A stretch of 63,727 bases of DNA, filler included, from Octopus bimaculoides (taxonomy: Eukaryota), in assembly GCF_001194135.2 (NCBI RefSeq). It is 7 parts of 7 records of this genome, joined end to end, with 100 filler letters (N's around TTAATTAATTAA, not from the genome) between each part and the next. Parts side by side here need not be neighbours in the genome. Positions count along the whole stretch, not along the records: positions 1 to 11,722 come from NC_069005.1; positions 11,823 to 21,957 come from NC_069004.1; 5 more parts are not named here. One strand, 5' to 3'. The number at the start of each line of letters is the position of its first letter. Within the stretch, counting starts at the first letter, position 1. The position numbers and the translations under genes were made by a program. Positions 1-12,441 of this stretch are shown here, piece by piece. The notes below the pieces were generated by a model that saw nothing but the letters and a program-made list of their open reading frames with translations, had not been told where the DNA came from and did no database searches.

Positions 1-1819
1 TATATATATATATATATATATATATCAACATTCGTTGCAGAGAATAGTTATCATTTAGAAAAACTGAAGAAATGTCTAGTCCACGCTAGATATGAAACCA
101 ATGTTTTTTTTTCTAAACTATTACGTTACACACGCACACACACACACACACATACACGCACACACGCACACACACATATATTGTTTAAGCTGCAAAGTTA
201 TCACACAAATGTAGCTAAGAGTTTCACGTTGCCGTTCGTCGGAGTGTTGCGATTCGGTCATCACTGTCTGACGAAGGGGAACGTGAAACTCTGAGTAGTA
301 GTACAGTGATAATTTTGCAGCTTTTAAAAAAAATTATACTACTCTACCTTCGGTATTCGAGTACTATTTTTTGCGATTTGTTTTGCAGTTATGGGCTCAC
401 CTGTGTATATACCGTAAATCCTCGAGTATATTCCGCCCTTGAGTATAAAATGCAGGAGATTTTTATCGACTCCAAAACAATGACAAGCGAAGTCGAACTC
501 GGCTGAATTTGAACTCAGAACGTGAAGACGGATGACATGCCGGTATGCATTTCGTCCGGCGTACTGACGAGTCTGCCTGTACGTCGCATTAGCATTGCCT
601 GTTATAGTAAAGGCAACAAGAACGATAACAGCATCACAATTAACACGGTATGATCGTCTTTCCTGGAAGTTGTGCGACAGGAAAAATTATGCAGAAACAC
701 CACTAAGACACTGACTAAAGTAACCATGACCATCAACTCCAAAACTAACGCCAAAACAAAATGGTTGCCCGAAATGTACGAATTGTGTAATGTTTTCGCA
801 GACTGTTCAAGGTTTCCCTTTTAGTCGAGCATGTCAATATTGAGAGTAGATTGTGTGAGCAAAGAATAAAAAAAAAACATCTTCAGACTTCTAGAAGCAA
901 TTTCAGAACCATCTCCTATTAGTATTAATGTGCAACTGGAATGGCATGCTAGACGCCCAGTGAGATCGCTCTAGAATTAGATACTAAGTAAAAGTATAGC
1001 AAACCTATCGGACAGTTCCAACTGCCTCTTACTTTACTTATCGAATATAACTCTATAGCAGAAATTTACTTTGTTTTTCATGCACCTAGCCACTTCAAAA
1101 TTTGAAATCAATATTACATGAAATGCCGACAACAGTTAATCTTACTGCTAACTTTCGAGTATAAATATATCCATGCATATCTCTTCAATTCCCCTTGGTC
1201 ACCTCACCTTGTTCCTGATCGTCATATTCGGTGCCATATGTGTTGTTTTGCTATCGCTTCTGTTTTAGGTTCCCGTATAGATACGAGTAGACAAAAATAC
1301 CCTTTCAATGACTCAGTGTATATCACAGACATAACAACAAGGTACAGAAAGAGCTACACATAACGCATTGATAGAAGCAATGCGTATTTCAAAACTCATT
1401 ATTTGCATTGTTACAATGGAGTCATGTCTTATATACATCGTTTTACAGATACAGCAATGCTATCGGTTGCCTCACTGCAACCGAGTGAATTCTGTCGCTG
1501 TTGTCTGTGATTACTTATTTACCATCAAGTTCAATTCTTCGCAGCATAACTTCAATATCTGTCTGGATGTCGTTCCGCTATTGCTCGAAGCATTCAATGG
1601 TAATACAGCACTACAAGGAAATTCCGTTTGGAAATTACTAATTTGGTAAATTAACCACAATGAATAATCTATATTGTATCGATATAGAGTACTTATTAGA
1701 TCGGTGAATAGCATAATCGATTCTATTTGATTGGATAAGTCGTCGTGATTTTGTGTTCTGCTCTGTCAATGCATATGACTGTAACGAAATCGATGCCATG
1801 AGTCATTAACCGTATATCG

Positions 1820-3167
1820 TTTTATCTTTTACTTGTTTCAGTCATTAGACTGCAGCCATGCTGGAGCATCGCCTTGAATAATTTCTTAGTCAAATGAATC
1901 GATCACAGGACTTATTTCTTTTAAAACTTGGTACTTATTCTATCTCTTTTGCCGAACTGCTATGTTACAGGAACGTGAACACACCAAAACTGCTTGTAAA
2001 GTGGTGGGTAGGGATACAAACACAAACACAAAGACACCAAACTCACACACACACAAATACACACGCGTGCACACATATACACACAAGTGTATACGTGGTC
2101 TGGTCAATAAGTATCCTGACTGTTGCCATAATAACGAAGCTAAGACATGCAAGGTAAAACCGCTTGACACAGATTGAGTATGAACTCTGCTTTACCTGCG
2201 CACTAAATGTTAACGTTCTTGCTCCTTTCGCTGTTTACAGCAGTGCTTAGAAGGAAGGTGTGTAGCGTGTGAACGTCGCATTGACCATGACAGAGAAAGT
2301 TGAACAGAGAAACTGCATCAAGGTTTTGCCAAAAGCTTGGTGATACCTGCTCAGAGCCCTGCGGAGTTTTCAAAATGTTTTCAACGTTCTCGGCACACTC
2401 AAGGAGATCTTGTGCAACTGAAGCCCAAGTGTCTTTTTGGTCAGCTGAAAGCAGTTTGGGCACAAACTAAGCAGACACGCGCATCATACCCAAATCTTCA
2501 GTGATAATGGACTGAACCGAACCGTAACTAATCTGCACATTCTCTGATAACTCACGGATGGCGATTCGACGATTTCCCCTCACAGCTACACGCACACCTG
2601 CGATGTTTTTTCTCAGTTCTGCCGGTTGCGGGTCTCCCAGAAAGTTCGTCAATATCGACATTTTTTAGGCTATCTTGGAAACGTCTAAACCACTCGTACA
2701 CTTGTGTGCGGCTCATATACCCCTCTCCCTACACTTTCTACAACTTTGCGTCGGCCTCTCAGTAGGGATCTTCATGACAACTCTCTCTGTCATAGTCAAT
2801 GCGACGATCACACGCTACACACCTTCCTCTCAAGCACTGCTGTAAACAGCGGAAGTGATCTAGGATGTTAAAACTTAGTGCGCATATACAGCAGTGTTTC
2901 AGACCAATCTTTCCCAAGCAACTGTAGTAAATTATGACAACAGTCCGGATACTTATTGATCAGACCTCATATCTATCTATCTATCTATATATATATATAT
3001 ATATATNNNNNNNNNNNNNNNNNNNNNNNNNNNNNNNNNNNNNNNNNNNNNNNNNNNNNNNNNNNNNNNNNNNNNNNNNNNNNNNNNNNNNNNNNNNNNN
3101 NNNNNNNNNNNNNNNNNNNNNNNNNNNNNNNNNNNNNNNNNNNNNNNNNNNNNNNNNNNNNNNNNNN

Positions 3168-3203
<36 letters not shown>

Positions 3204-3430
3204 GTGTGTTTGTCTCTGTGTGTGGTGTGTGTGTGTACAACGGGGTTCCTTGGGTTACCGCCGAGCAAATCCACTCACAAGGCTTTGGTCGACCCAATCC
3301 ACTTATGATGCTTTAGTGGACCCGAGGCTATGGCCCAAGATATCTGCCCAAGGTGCCACGCATGAGATGGGTCACGGAACCATGTGGTTAGGAAGCAAAC
3401 TCCTTACTACACAGTAACGTCTGCGCCTAT
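1820..3430 (-). mobile_element. SINE family A split by the mariner derivative and a gap
   Basis: The tail lies at ~1820-2090 and the head at ~3240-3430. The mariner sits in the microsatellite linker between them. Confidence 0.65.
2094..2969. mobile_element. Non-autonomous mariner derivative made of two head-to-head 5' ends
   Basis: TIRs (c)gtggtctggtcaataagtatcctgactg and cagtccggatacttattgatcagacctca, flanked by TA. The + strand carries MTEKVEQRNCIK at ~2287. The - strand carries RRIAIRELSENVQISYGSVQSIITEDLGMMRVSA and PKLLSADQKD...ENILKT, typical of a mariner transposase N-terminal half. Confidence 0.85.
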
Positions 3431-5675
3431 ATTCTTGTAGATGTTACTACAACTTCTTGTCTGTTTTCACATAAAAGATTTTAGACACTGGCTCAATAGA
3501 CATAGCTTTCTATTAGAACGTGTTTATGAAAACGCTCGGATTCGGCCAAGCGAAAATGCTGAGGTTAGTTTTCTCATTCTATTGGTTGTATAGTCTACAC
3601 GTGATGCTGCAATCGTCACTAATTTATTTATGTAAGTATTTGTAGTTAGGCATTAGTTATTTTTAACAAAGTCATCATTTCTGTTTTTGGTTTAGCTCAG
3701 AGCTTTGGAACCATTCTGTCTGTTCATTTTGGCTTACTTCCACACGGTCGAGTCTTCGGGTCTTGGGATTGCTTCTCTTTCCATTTTCTCATCAGAATAT
3801 TCTGAACTATCATTTTGATTTTTTCCATTTGTTTGGAGTTTCCGTTTTCTTATTCTTATCTAAATATTTTCTTGTTTAAACTTTTCCAGTAGTTTTTCTC
3901 CTTATCTAAATATTTTCGTCTGTGTAGTTTAGCTTCAATTTCACCGTTATTATTTCCTTATTTAGAGAGAAAAGTGATTCCTTTTATTATTTTCTTCGTT
4001 TATTCCTTATAGCATTAATCAGTTTCCATTTTCTTGCCTCTAACTATTTTTGTATGCACGCCATTGTTAATTTATCTTCAAAGTTTATTTGTATCAGACT
4101 TCGTCTTTTGTGCATTGTGAGTAGGTAAACTCTGTCTATATCAACTTTGTAGTAACGGCTTCACAATGCTGTTAATTGTTGCCTGGATTTTCTATCTAAG
4201 CTCTTCGATCCACTTAACTTCGTACTTATTGTTTTGAAACTTTAATATATAACTAAGATGGCTGGTGTATTATCGTATTTCTAACGTATTATCTTATTTC
4301 AAGTATTAAGTTTAGTTATTAAACTCTCTTCTGCACTAATCATTTTATTTTTCATTTCCTTCCTCATTCCTGTACCTTGTGTCTCATCAGTTTCTCCTCC
4401 ACCTAAGTATTTTTTCTATTTATTACTGGACTAATTCTTTTATTACTGGGTCTATGTTAAATTTTATTTTCTCAGATTTATTTAACTTGCCTCGTAGTTT
4501 CTCTGTATTTGTCTCATCCCATAAAACTCTGCATACAAAGAACGCGCCGAGTCATTCGACTTGATTAACACAAAGTCGCTCACGGTCGCGTTTCAGCTTC
4601 TACTTTACATGCTTACTGTCCATTCTCTGTTGCTTTTCTGCCGTTATTGTAATAGCTTCTGCTCCTCGGAGCTAGTCACTCCCGTGTCTCTACCAATCCG
4701 GAACGCTCAGCTTACTTGTTTCTTCTTCTCTCACCTATCTTTGCCCCCTCATGCATGTCCGGCACTATCTAGTCTGTACTCCTCAGAATGTCACCTTTCC
4801 AAATATTCTAATCCCTGTTGATGTCTTTCCTGCTAATATCAAATTAATCCCAATGTTACCGCTGTATTTTGTTTTAGATTGGAGAACTTGTGAAATCATG
4901 GCCACTTCCCCTATTCAAGATTCTGCAACTAAAAAACAATAATAATATAAAAATTAAAACTTTGCTGCTATTTCTATTAATGCCATGCAGTATCATTTTA
5001 TTTAATATTTGAAATTACATATTGACCACTGTGTTTCGTATTATGGATTCATCATTTGATATAAAGAAAAATTAAACTCGATATCGTTATGCTCCTAATA
5101 AAACAAATATTCAAATTATCGAGGCCCTAAATGTGTCTACCATTATTTGTATATTTCGAACTTCCTTATCTACTGAAAATAAAGCCAGACAGCTGTCGTG
5201 CTGCCAACAGCTATTGATTCAGAGATACGTCTCCACAATTGGTTTCTTGTCTCCAGAAAATAAATCTGTCCTTTCCATTAATGCCATGACAGTTTTAGAC
5301 AAATTTTGATTCTTAAGGTTATCTTTCCCTTTTGAATTGGATCTGATCTCTGTTGCCGTTTGCTAATCATGGTTCATTCTTTAGAGACGAAGATGATTAT
5401 AAAAATTTAAAAGATTTATGTTGTATGCTATTTGACACACCTATATTTCTCAGATGATTTATAATATAGTTACAGGGTTGCACATGTTGGACAAGGTCTT
5501 TAGTGGACTCTGAACAAAAATCGTACATTGCTGTTATTTTATTGAACCTGGAACGATAATAACCAAGTTGATTCAGGCAGGATTTGAACCCGCAGTGTCA
5601 TTAACGTTTCAGTCAATTCATTAGTTTTTGCATTGTATAATTGTAGCATCTATTTCGTTGCACCATATAAATATG

Positions 5676-5892
5676 TTCTTTTCTACTTTAAGCACAAGGC
5701 CAGAAATTTTGGGGGAAGGGGCCAGTCGATAACATCGACGCCAGTATCCAACTGGTAATTAATATATCGACTCCGAGAGGATGACAGGCAAAGTCGACCA
5801 CGACGGAATTTGAACTCAGAACGTAGCGGCAGACGAAATACCGCTAAGCATTTCGTCCGGCGTGCAAACGTTTCTGCCAGCTCACCGCCTTA
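5676..5892 (-). mobile_element. tRNA-derived SINE family B (other copies at ~455-590, ~9640-9785, ~10470-11025, ~55735-55830 (+), ~56340-56720)
   Basis: Minus strand has A-box-like TGGCAGAAACG and B-box-like GAGTTCAAATTC, followed by ctttgcctgtcatcctctcggagtcgat. Confidence 0.85.
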
Positions 5893-6694
5893 CTACATAA
5901 ATATATTGCAGGTACAGAACCGAGCAGTTTTTCAACAATTGATGGGTAACTTCTAAGAAGAAAGAAAGAAAGAAAGAAAGAAATACAGACATAAGGGGAG
6001 GAAGGAAGGAAGGATGGATGGATGGATGGATGGATGGATGGATGGATGAATGGATGGATGGATTTATTTATTTATTTATATGTTAAAGCAAATATTCAAA
6101 AGATAAATTCCCACCTACGCACAAAAAAGTATGTGCAGGAAAAAGGATGCGCGTAAACACACGCGCACGCGTGATTGTATTACATAATATGCATGTATAC
6201 ATACGCACGCCCACATATGCGTATATACATATATCATATATACGTGTGTGCGTATGTGTGGAAAAGAATGAGAGTTTGTGTGAAGAATAAAATAGAGATA
6301 CAAAGAGTAAGAAAATAAGAGGAAGGGAGGGGGAAGAATAAAATGCTATTGTGATATATTATTTTGTATTATCCAGATTATAATTGAAACAAAAATTGTT
6401 CATTAACCTTTGGGGAAATTTATTGAACGTTTTGATATAAAATAACATTCCTTTAGGAGTTGATATTAATTAAATGTATTTATATTAGGAAAGCTGCAAG
6501 CTGCGAGTTTGAATATTTAATATTATCTCATACCCTATATTAGAGATGTGTGTGGCAGAAACACTCTGGAAATACTATAGTGTCAGGCAGTCCAGCTCTG
6601 AACCATAGCATTTATTTTCGTAGCGCTATCTTCCAGAATCAAATATCGTTAAGGTTGAATTTAACGTCCTGTTACTCCTGGATCGATATGATTT

Positions 6695-6885
6695 CGTTTC
6701 AGGAGTCTTGCACCGAGATCTTGGTGACGAATGGGAAAGAGAAGAGCGGTTATATTCTATCGTATCTAACTTCTGTTTTAGGAGTCTTTGCACTAAGACC
6801 TTGGTGACAAACATGAAAGGGAAGAGCGGTTGTATTCTATTGTATATAACTATGTTTTACTAGGAGATTTGATACCTTGTGACAC
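6695..6885. repeat. Tandem duplication, ~80-bp unit, about 2.3 copies
   Basis: aggagtctt(t)gcac...cttggtgac...gaagagcggtt(a/g)tattctat is repeated. Confidence 0.75.
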
Positions 6886-6999
6886 TCAGTCTAGAAAATA
6901 TCTATTTTACATTCAAACAGAAGGTTCTGGAAGAAACTATGGTGATTGTGCGCGTCTGCAATCAGTAATTACGAAAAGTATGCAATGAGGGGTAAACTA

Positions 7000-9640
7000 T
7001 TTTACTAAAAAGAATTGAAAGTGTTGAAGTATTATGTGCTAGTGTGGGTGTGGGAATGTGCATCATGGTGTGTGGTGTGTGCACTAAGTTAAACAATGTA
7101 TAGGGCTGCTCATATAGTGGGAGGTGTGGTTACGCTATTGAAGATTGTTTGTGGGTGTGTGGAGTTTGAAAGTGTTTGTGGCTGTGTGTGTAGTGAAGTG
7201 TGAAGTGAATAAAGAGTTGAACAGTGTGTATGGGTGTTTGTATAGTGGTGAGTGTGAGGTGATGGTACCTAGGTGTGCGGTATGCAGGTGTGTAGATGGA
7301 GAGGGGCAGTTGGATGTGGGAGGTGTGTGGGAATCTGTGTGGGGTTGGTGTCAGATAAAAAGATGTAGTGAGTTGAGCCCATATGGAACAAAAGAATGAA
7401 TAGAGAAGATTAATTTCTATTCACTGCGAAAGCGGAGTCCGGGTGGCCCCTGTGCAGAGATAGTCCGAACACAGATGTAGCGAATGACCGGTAGAACGGA
7501 AGTGGCGTGAGACTGGGGTGTTATTGTCGAGTCTAATGTCTCGGAGGTGTAACGCGAACCGGTCAGGCAACCGGCGTCCCGTTTGACCAATGTATAGGGA
7601 AGGACAGAACGAGCAACAGATGAAGTAAATAAAATTGCTGGAGATGCAGGTAAAGGAGTCGGTGATGTGATAGTGACAGTGATTGGTACCAATGAGGATG
7701 GTGGTGTTGGAGAGGTAGAGGCAGGTGTGACAGCGTGGGTGAGAGCAGGGGAAGGAGCCAGGCTGCGAGGCAGGGGTAGGAAAGAAAATGTGGACCAGGA
7801 AGTCATGCAGGTTATAGGTTCGTTTGTAGATGAGAAGGGGGTAGTTAAGAAAGATGTACCAATTAGAAGGATCGTACTGGAGTCGCTGGAAGGTACGAAG
7901 AATGCAGCGTTGGAGGGGTGGTAGGTAAGGGGAAACGGAAGACGGTAAGGGTGGGACGGGTGTGAGGAGAAAGAGCAGAGGCACGGTTCACAGATCGTGC
8001 CCGGGCAAGTGCAGTGTGGATAATGGTAAGGGGATATCCACGTAAGATAAAGTGGTGAGCTATGAATTGAGACTGAGTCTCAAAGCTATGGTCGTCACTA
8101 CAGAGACTGCGTAGACGGAGGAATTGGGAGTAGCGGATGGAGAGCTTGGTGAGGGTAGGGTGAGAGGAGAAGAAGTTAAGATGGGAATGTGAGTCAGTGT
8201 ATTTGTAGTGGATGGAGGTAATGAGAGCGGAGTGGTGTATGTTGACAGAAATGTCGAGAAATTTGACGGAAGAGTTAGAGACAGTGCAGGAGAATTTGAG
8301 GGCAAGATGAAAGGATTGGACAAAGGAGAAGAAGGAGGCCAGATTTTCGTGGGAGTCTGAAGTCGTGCCGATACAGTCATCGATACAACGACTGTGTAAC
8401 TCAGGAGTGGGACCAGTGAAGTGTGAGAATATTTGGGCCTCAACATAGCAAACGAACAAGTTCGCATAGTTGGGGCCCATTCTCGTTCTGATGGCAACTT
8501 CTAAGACCTGTTGATAAAATTCCCCTGCGAACGAGAAACAGTTGAGGGAGAGAGCAAGTCCGGCCAAACGAAGAAGTGCGGGGGTGTCAGGATGAGGGTC
8601 TTGCCGAAGGTGAAAGAAGTGTTTAAGCGCATGGATGCCTTCGTTGTGTAGGATCACCGTATACAAAGATTTAAAGTCGAGGATGAACAGAAGGTGAAGG
8701 GGGGAAGAAGGGAAGGATAAAGAGTTAAACCGACGGAGAGCATGATTAGTGTCGTGAATGTGCGTGGGGAGAGAAGCTGCTATTTGAGCAAGGACACGGT
8801 CGTGGTATTTGGAGATCATTTCTATGGGGCAACCACGTTTGTGGGACTTGTGGCTTTTGGGAAGGAAGTAAATAGTGGGGTATGTCGGGTACGGACAATG
8901 AAGCTGGAGGTGATGAGATGGAGACGAGAGAGGAAGTGAAGTCATGAATGGTGGAGGACACAGTCTGTTGGTAGTTAGGTGTAGGGTTGGAGGGCAGAGG
9001 ACAATAGAAAGAGGTATCTTGAAGGTTGCAGCATCGGTGACATGGTAGTGCCGAGAGTTTCGCCGGGGAGATGCTGAAAACTCGGAGACGCCTGCGAAAA
9101 TTGAACTGGTCATGAACACGTTGACAGAAGTTTGAAAATTGATCAACTGCTTGGAACTGGCCAGAAGCTTGCGTCCAGTAGGATGGTCGGCGGCCCAGGT
9201 GAAGCAGTCTTCTGTATTAGATACAGGTGTTGTGTTGTGGAATAGTGTATGCAGCCTGATGTGGCGCATTAAGTACCGGATATCAGCACGGGTCTAGAAC
9301 TCGTTATGAGAGAAATAAAGCACAGACCCTTACAAGGAAGAGAGCGCTCCGCTTCAACGAGGGAGAGACCAGGAGGAATGGTAACAACAGGCTGACGTGG
9401 GGGAGGGCTGGGTGAAGAGATAGGAGAATGTGGTGTGTGGGAGGGTTGGAATAATGGGACGATGGGAGTGAGGTTGAGGGGTTTGGATCGGAAAAGGAGA
9501 AGTGAAGGTGAGGGAGTGTGGGTTAGGGAGGGAGGGTGAGGGTGAGTTACGTGGTGGAGGCGTGGTGGAGGTGTGGTGGAATGCTGGAAGGAAAGGAGGA
9601 AGTGGTGTGTGAAAGAGTTGGAGTAATGGAAGGGTAGCAG
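7000..9640 (-). mobile_element. Penelope-like retroelement, near full length, frameshifted (RT plus GIY-YIG endonuclease)
   Basis: ORF 7863-9269 has PLE RT motifs (LDFKSLYT, GTRMGPNYANLF-like, CIDD, FLDI, YKxTDSHSHL). The frame at 7421-7984 contains CCSFCPSLYIGQTGRRLPDRFALH (GIY-YIG). Ends are approximate. Confidence 0.9.
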
Positions 9641-10561
9641 TGAATTGGGGATGAGTCAATTACATCGACTCCAATGTTCAACTGGTACTAATTTTATCGA
9701 CATCGGCGGAATATGAACTCAGAACGTAGCAACGGGCGAAATACCGCTCAGCATGCTAAAATTTCTGCCAGCTCGCCGACTTGATAATAATAATAACAAC
9801 AGCAACAACAATAATATTAATACTGAATTGGAGGACAAAATTGCTTGGAGATACAATGACGAAGAAGATCTGCTTCGTCATTGTACATCCTATTAGCTCG
9901 CAAGTTTCAAATGTTTTAAGTCAATGCTATGCGGTATTCAAAATGAACCGCCAACTTTTTAATTGTCAAACCTGGAGTGATACACAAACTTTGCTGTTAA
10001 GACATGTATGGATTTACAATAAAACTACAAGGATCGTGAAATTTAATTAAACACGATATGGCTTGTGAAAATAAAAAGCGTGTTTGCATGTGAGAAGAGT
10101 GGCTTTTTGAATGAATGCTTTGCGAGTCTTTGATCTTAGGAAGAGCGAAAATGCACTTCCTTGATTTGGTTCAACTTCATTCTTGTCGATGACGTTCCAG
10201 CAGCAATAGACTTCCGCATTTTACCCGACATTTCGTAAATGCTTTCGTTTGCTGTTTTATTCGTTTATTTATTTGTTTGTTTGTTTGTTTGTTTGTTTGT
10301 TTATTCATAGGCATAGCTTTGTGGTAGAGAATCTCACTTTCCAATCACATGTTTTCTGGTTCAGTTCCACAGTGCGGCAATTTGGGCAAATATCTTGGAC
10401 AATAACACCAAGACGAATATTGACGTCAGATTTGGGTACTAGGCCAGCAATTTCGAGTGCGATGAATAGTGGATTACGTCAATTCCGAAGGATTAAAGGC
10501 GATATCGACCTCGGCGGAATTTAAACTCAAAACCTAAAGACGGATGAAATGCCTCTAAGCG

Positions 10562-10725
10562 TAGGAGTGGCTGTACGGTAAGTAGCTTGCTTACGAACCA
10601 CATGGTTCCAAGTTCAGTCCCACTGCGTCATACCTTGGGCAAGTGTCTTCCACTATAGCCTCGGGCCGACCAAAGCCTTGTGAGTGGATTTGGTAGACGG
10701 AAACTGAAAGCCCGTCGTATATATG

Positions 10726-10758
<33 letters not shown>

Positions 10759-10978
10759 GTGTGTATGTTTGTGTGTGTGTTTATCCCCCCCCCCCCAACA
10801 TTACTTGACAACCGATTCTGGTGTGTTTACTTCCCCGTAACTTAGCGGTTTGGCAAAAGAGCCCGATAGGATAAGTACTAGGCTTACAAAGAATAAATCC
10901 TGTGGTCGATTTGCTCGACTAAAAGGCGGTGCTCCAGCATGGCCACAATCAAATCATTGAAACAAGTAAAAGAGTAAA
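10562..10978 (+). mobile_element. tRNA-derived SINE family A, full copy with internal microsatellite, nested in a family B SINE
   Basis: Head ggagtggctgtacggtaag...ggttccaagttcagtccc, then ccttgggcaagtgtc, a (TA)/(TG)n linker and tail gaaacaagtaaaagag. Family B sequence resumes on both sides. Confidence 0.85.
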
Positions 10979-11194
10979 GCATTTTGCCCGGCGTGCTAGT
11001 GATTCTGCCAGCTCGCCGCCTTAGCACCGAGACGAATATTGCTTCGTGAGTGAATTTGGTAGACGGGAGCTGTGTGGAATATGAACTGGGGTCGATTTAT
11101 TGGACTAAACCATTCCAGGTGTTGTTCTCGGCATGGCCACGGTGCAATAGCTGAAATAAGTAAAAGGTAAGGAACATATTTTATAGTAAGGAAC

Positions 11195-11249
<55 letters not shown>

Positions 11250-11489
11250 TCTTTATGAGTATTTATTTTGAATATTTATTCATTCTTATATATACATATA
11301 TACATACGGGAAATATAAACGTATAATTATATTCTTGGGAATAGAAATTTCCTTTATGAATTTTTTTACACACTGGCTTCTTGATAAAATTCTTGTAAAA
11401 GAGTTTTATCCCTTTTTGAATTTATTAATCATATATATACATATATATATACATACATACATACATACATACATAGAGATAGGTAGATG

Positions 11490-11521
<32 letters not shown>

Positions 11522-12199
11522 TACAATCTTCCACGCATTTTCGTCTACCAAATTTATTCATAAGACATTGGTCGGACCGAGGTTACTGTAGAAGACGTTT
11601 GCCAAATGCCACGCAGTAAGACTGAACCTGAAGCTACATGGTTCGAAAATGAGTCTTTAACCTCCTGGCCACTCTTGAACCAATATGAATGCTGTAAATG
11701 TAAATTTGTCGCTTTTGTTTTANNNNNNNNNNNNNNNNNNNNNNNNNNNNNNNNNNNNNNNNNNNNTTAATTAATTAANNNNNNNNNNNNNNNNNNNNNN
11801 NNNNNNNNNNNNNNNNNNNNNNTATATATATATATATATATATATATACATTTAGTTTCATTTCTTCCAAGCATTCTTCCAAGCATCAATAAAATAAAGT
11901 ACCAATCTATAGGTTCTAGGAAAGTTTGCCGTAAACATTTTTGCTGCAGGAAAATTCACCTCAAGATTTTTGGCTGTAGGAAAGTTTGCCGCATAGGAAA
12001 TATTGCTGCAAGACAAAAAATGAATTGTTCCCCTTGTTATATAATTGTTTCAACCAATAAGAAGAGGTAAAGTAATTTCTTAACTCATTTAAAATTTCTT
12101 TATTCATTCACCAATATTTCTTTTGTATAGCAAAAATGTTTGCAGCAAACTTTTCAGATATGATATATATGTATATGTATATATAATATATATATATAT

Positions 12200-12370
12200 G
12201 GGAGAATTTACGAAAAAAACAACAGACAAAGACAGGTGGTGTAAACAACAAATGGATGTATCAGTATAACGCTCGGGAATAGAGAAAGTCTTTAACGTTT
12301 CGAGCCTACGCTCTTCAACTGAAAGGAACACAGAAAGAAACAAGGAGAGAAACAAGAAGAGAAAAAAATA
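12200..12370 (-). repeat. Probable Penelope-type terminal-repeat fragment
   Basis: Minus strand reads ttgaaGAGCgtagGCTCgaaacgtt, a stem followed by GAAAC and similar in form to PLE ends. The core is degenerate. Confidence 0.4.
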
Positions 12371-12441
12371 TAAATGTAGTGGTCAGCGATCTATCATATA
12401 TATAAAAACTTTCATATATATAAAGACTATCATATATATAT

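Noticed and set aside
600-830. Hydrophobic, transmembrane-like reading on the minus strand (HFVLALVLELMVMVTLVSVLVVFL...)
   Set aside because: Expected from the antisense of AC-rich sequence. The frame is short, stop-bounded and lacks convincing splice sites.
11767-11778. TTAATTAATTAA islands inside N runs (also 22002-22013, 32676-32687, 49742-49753, 59245-59256, 62372-62383)
   Set aside because: The identical 12-mer sits centred in ~100-nt gaps and has stops in all six frames. It is an assembly spacer, not biology.
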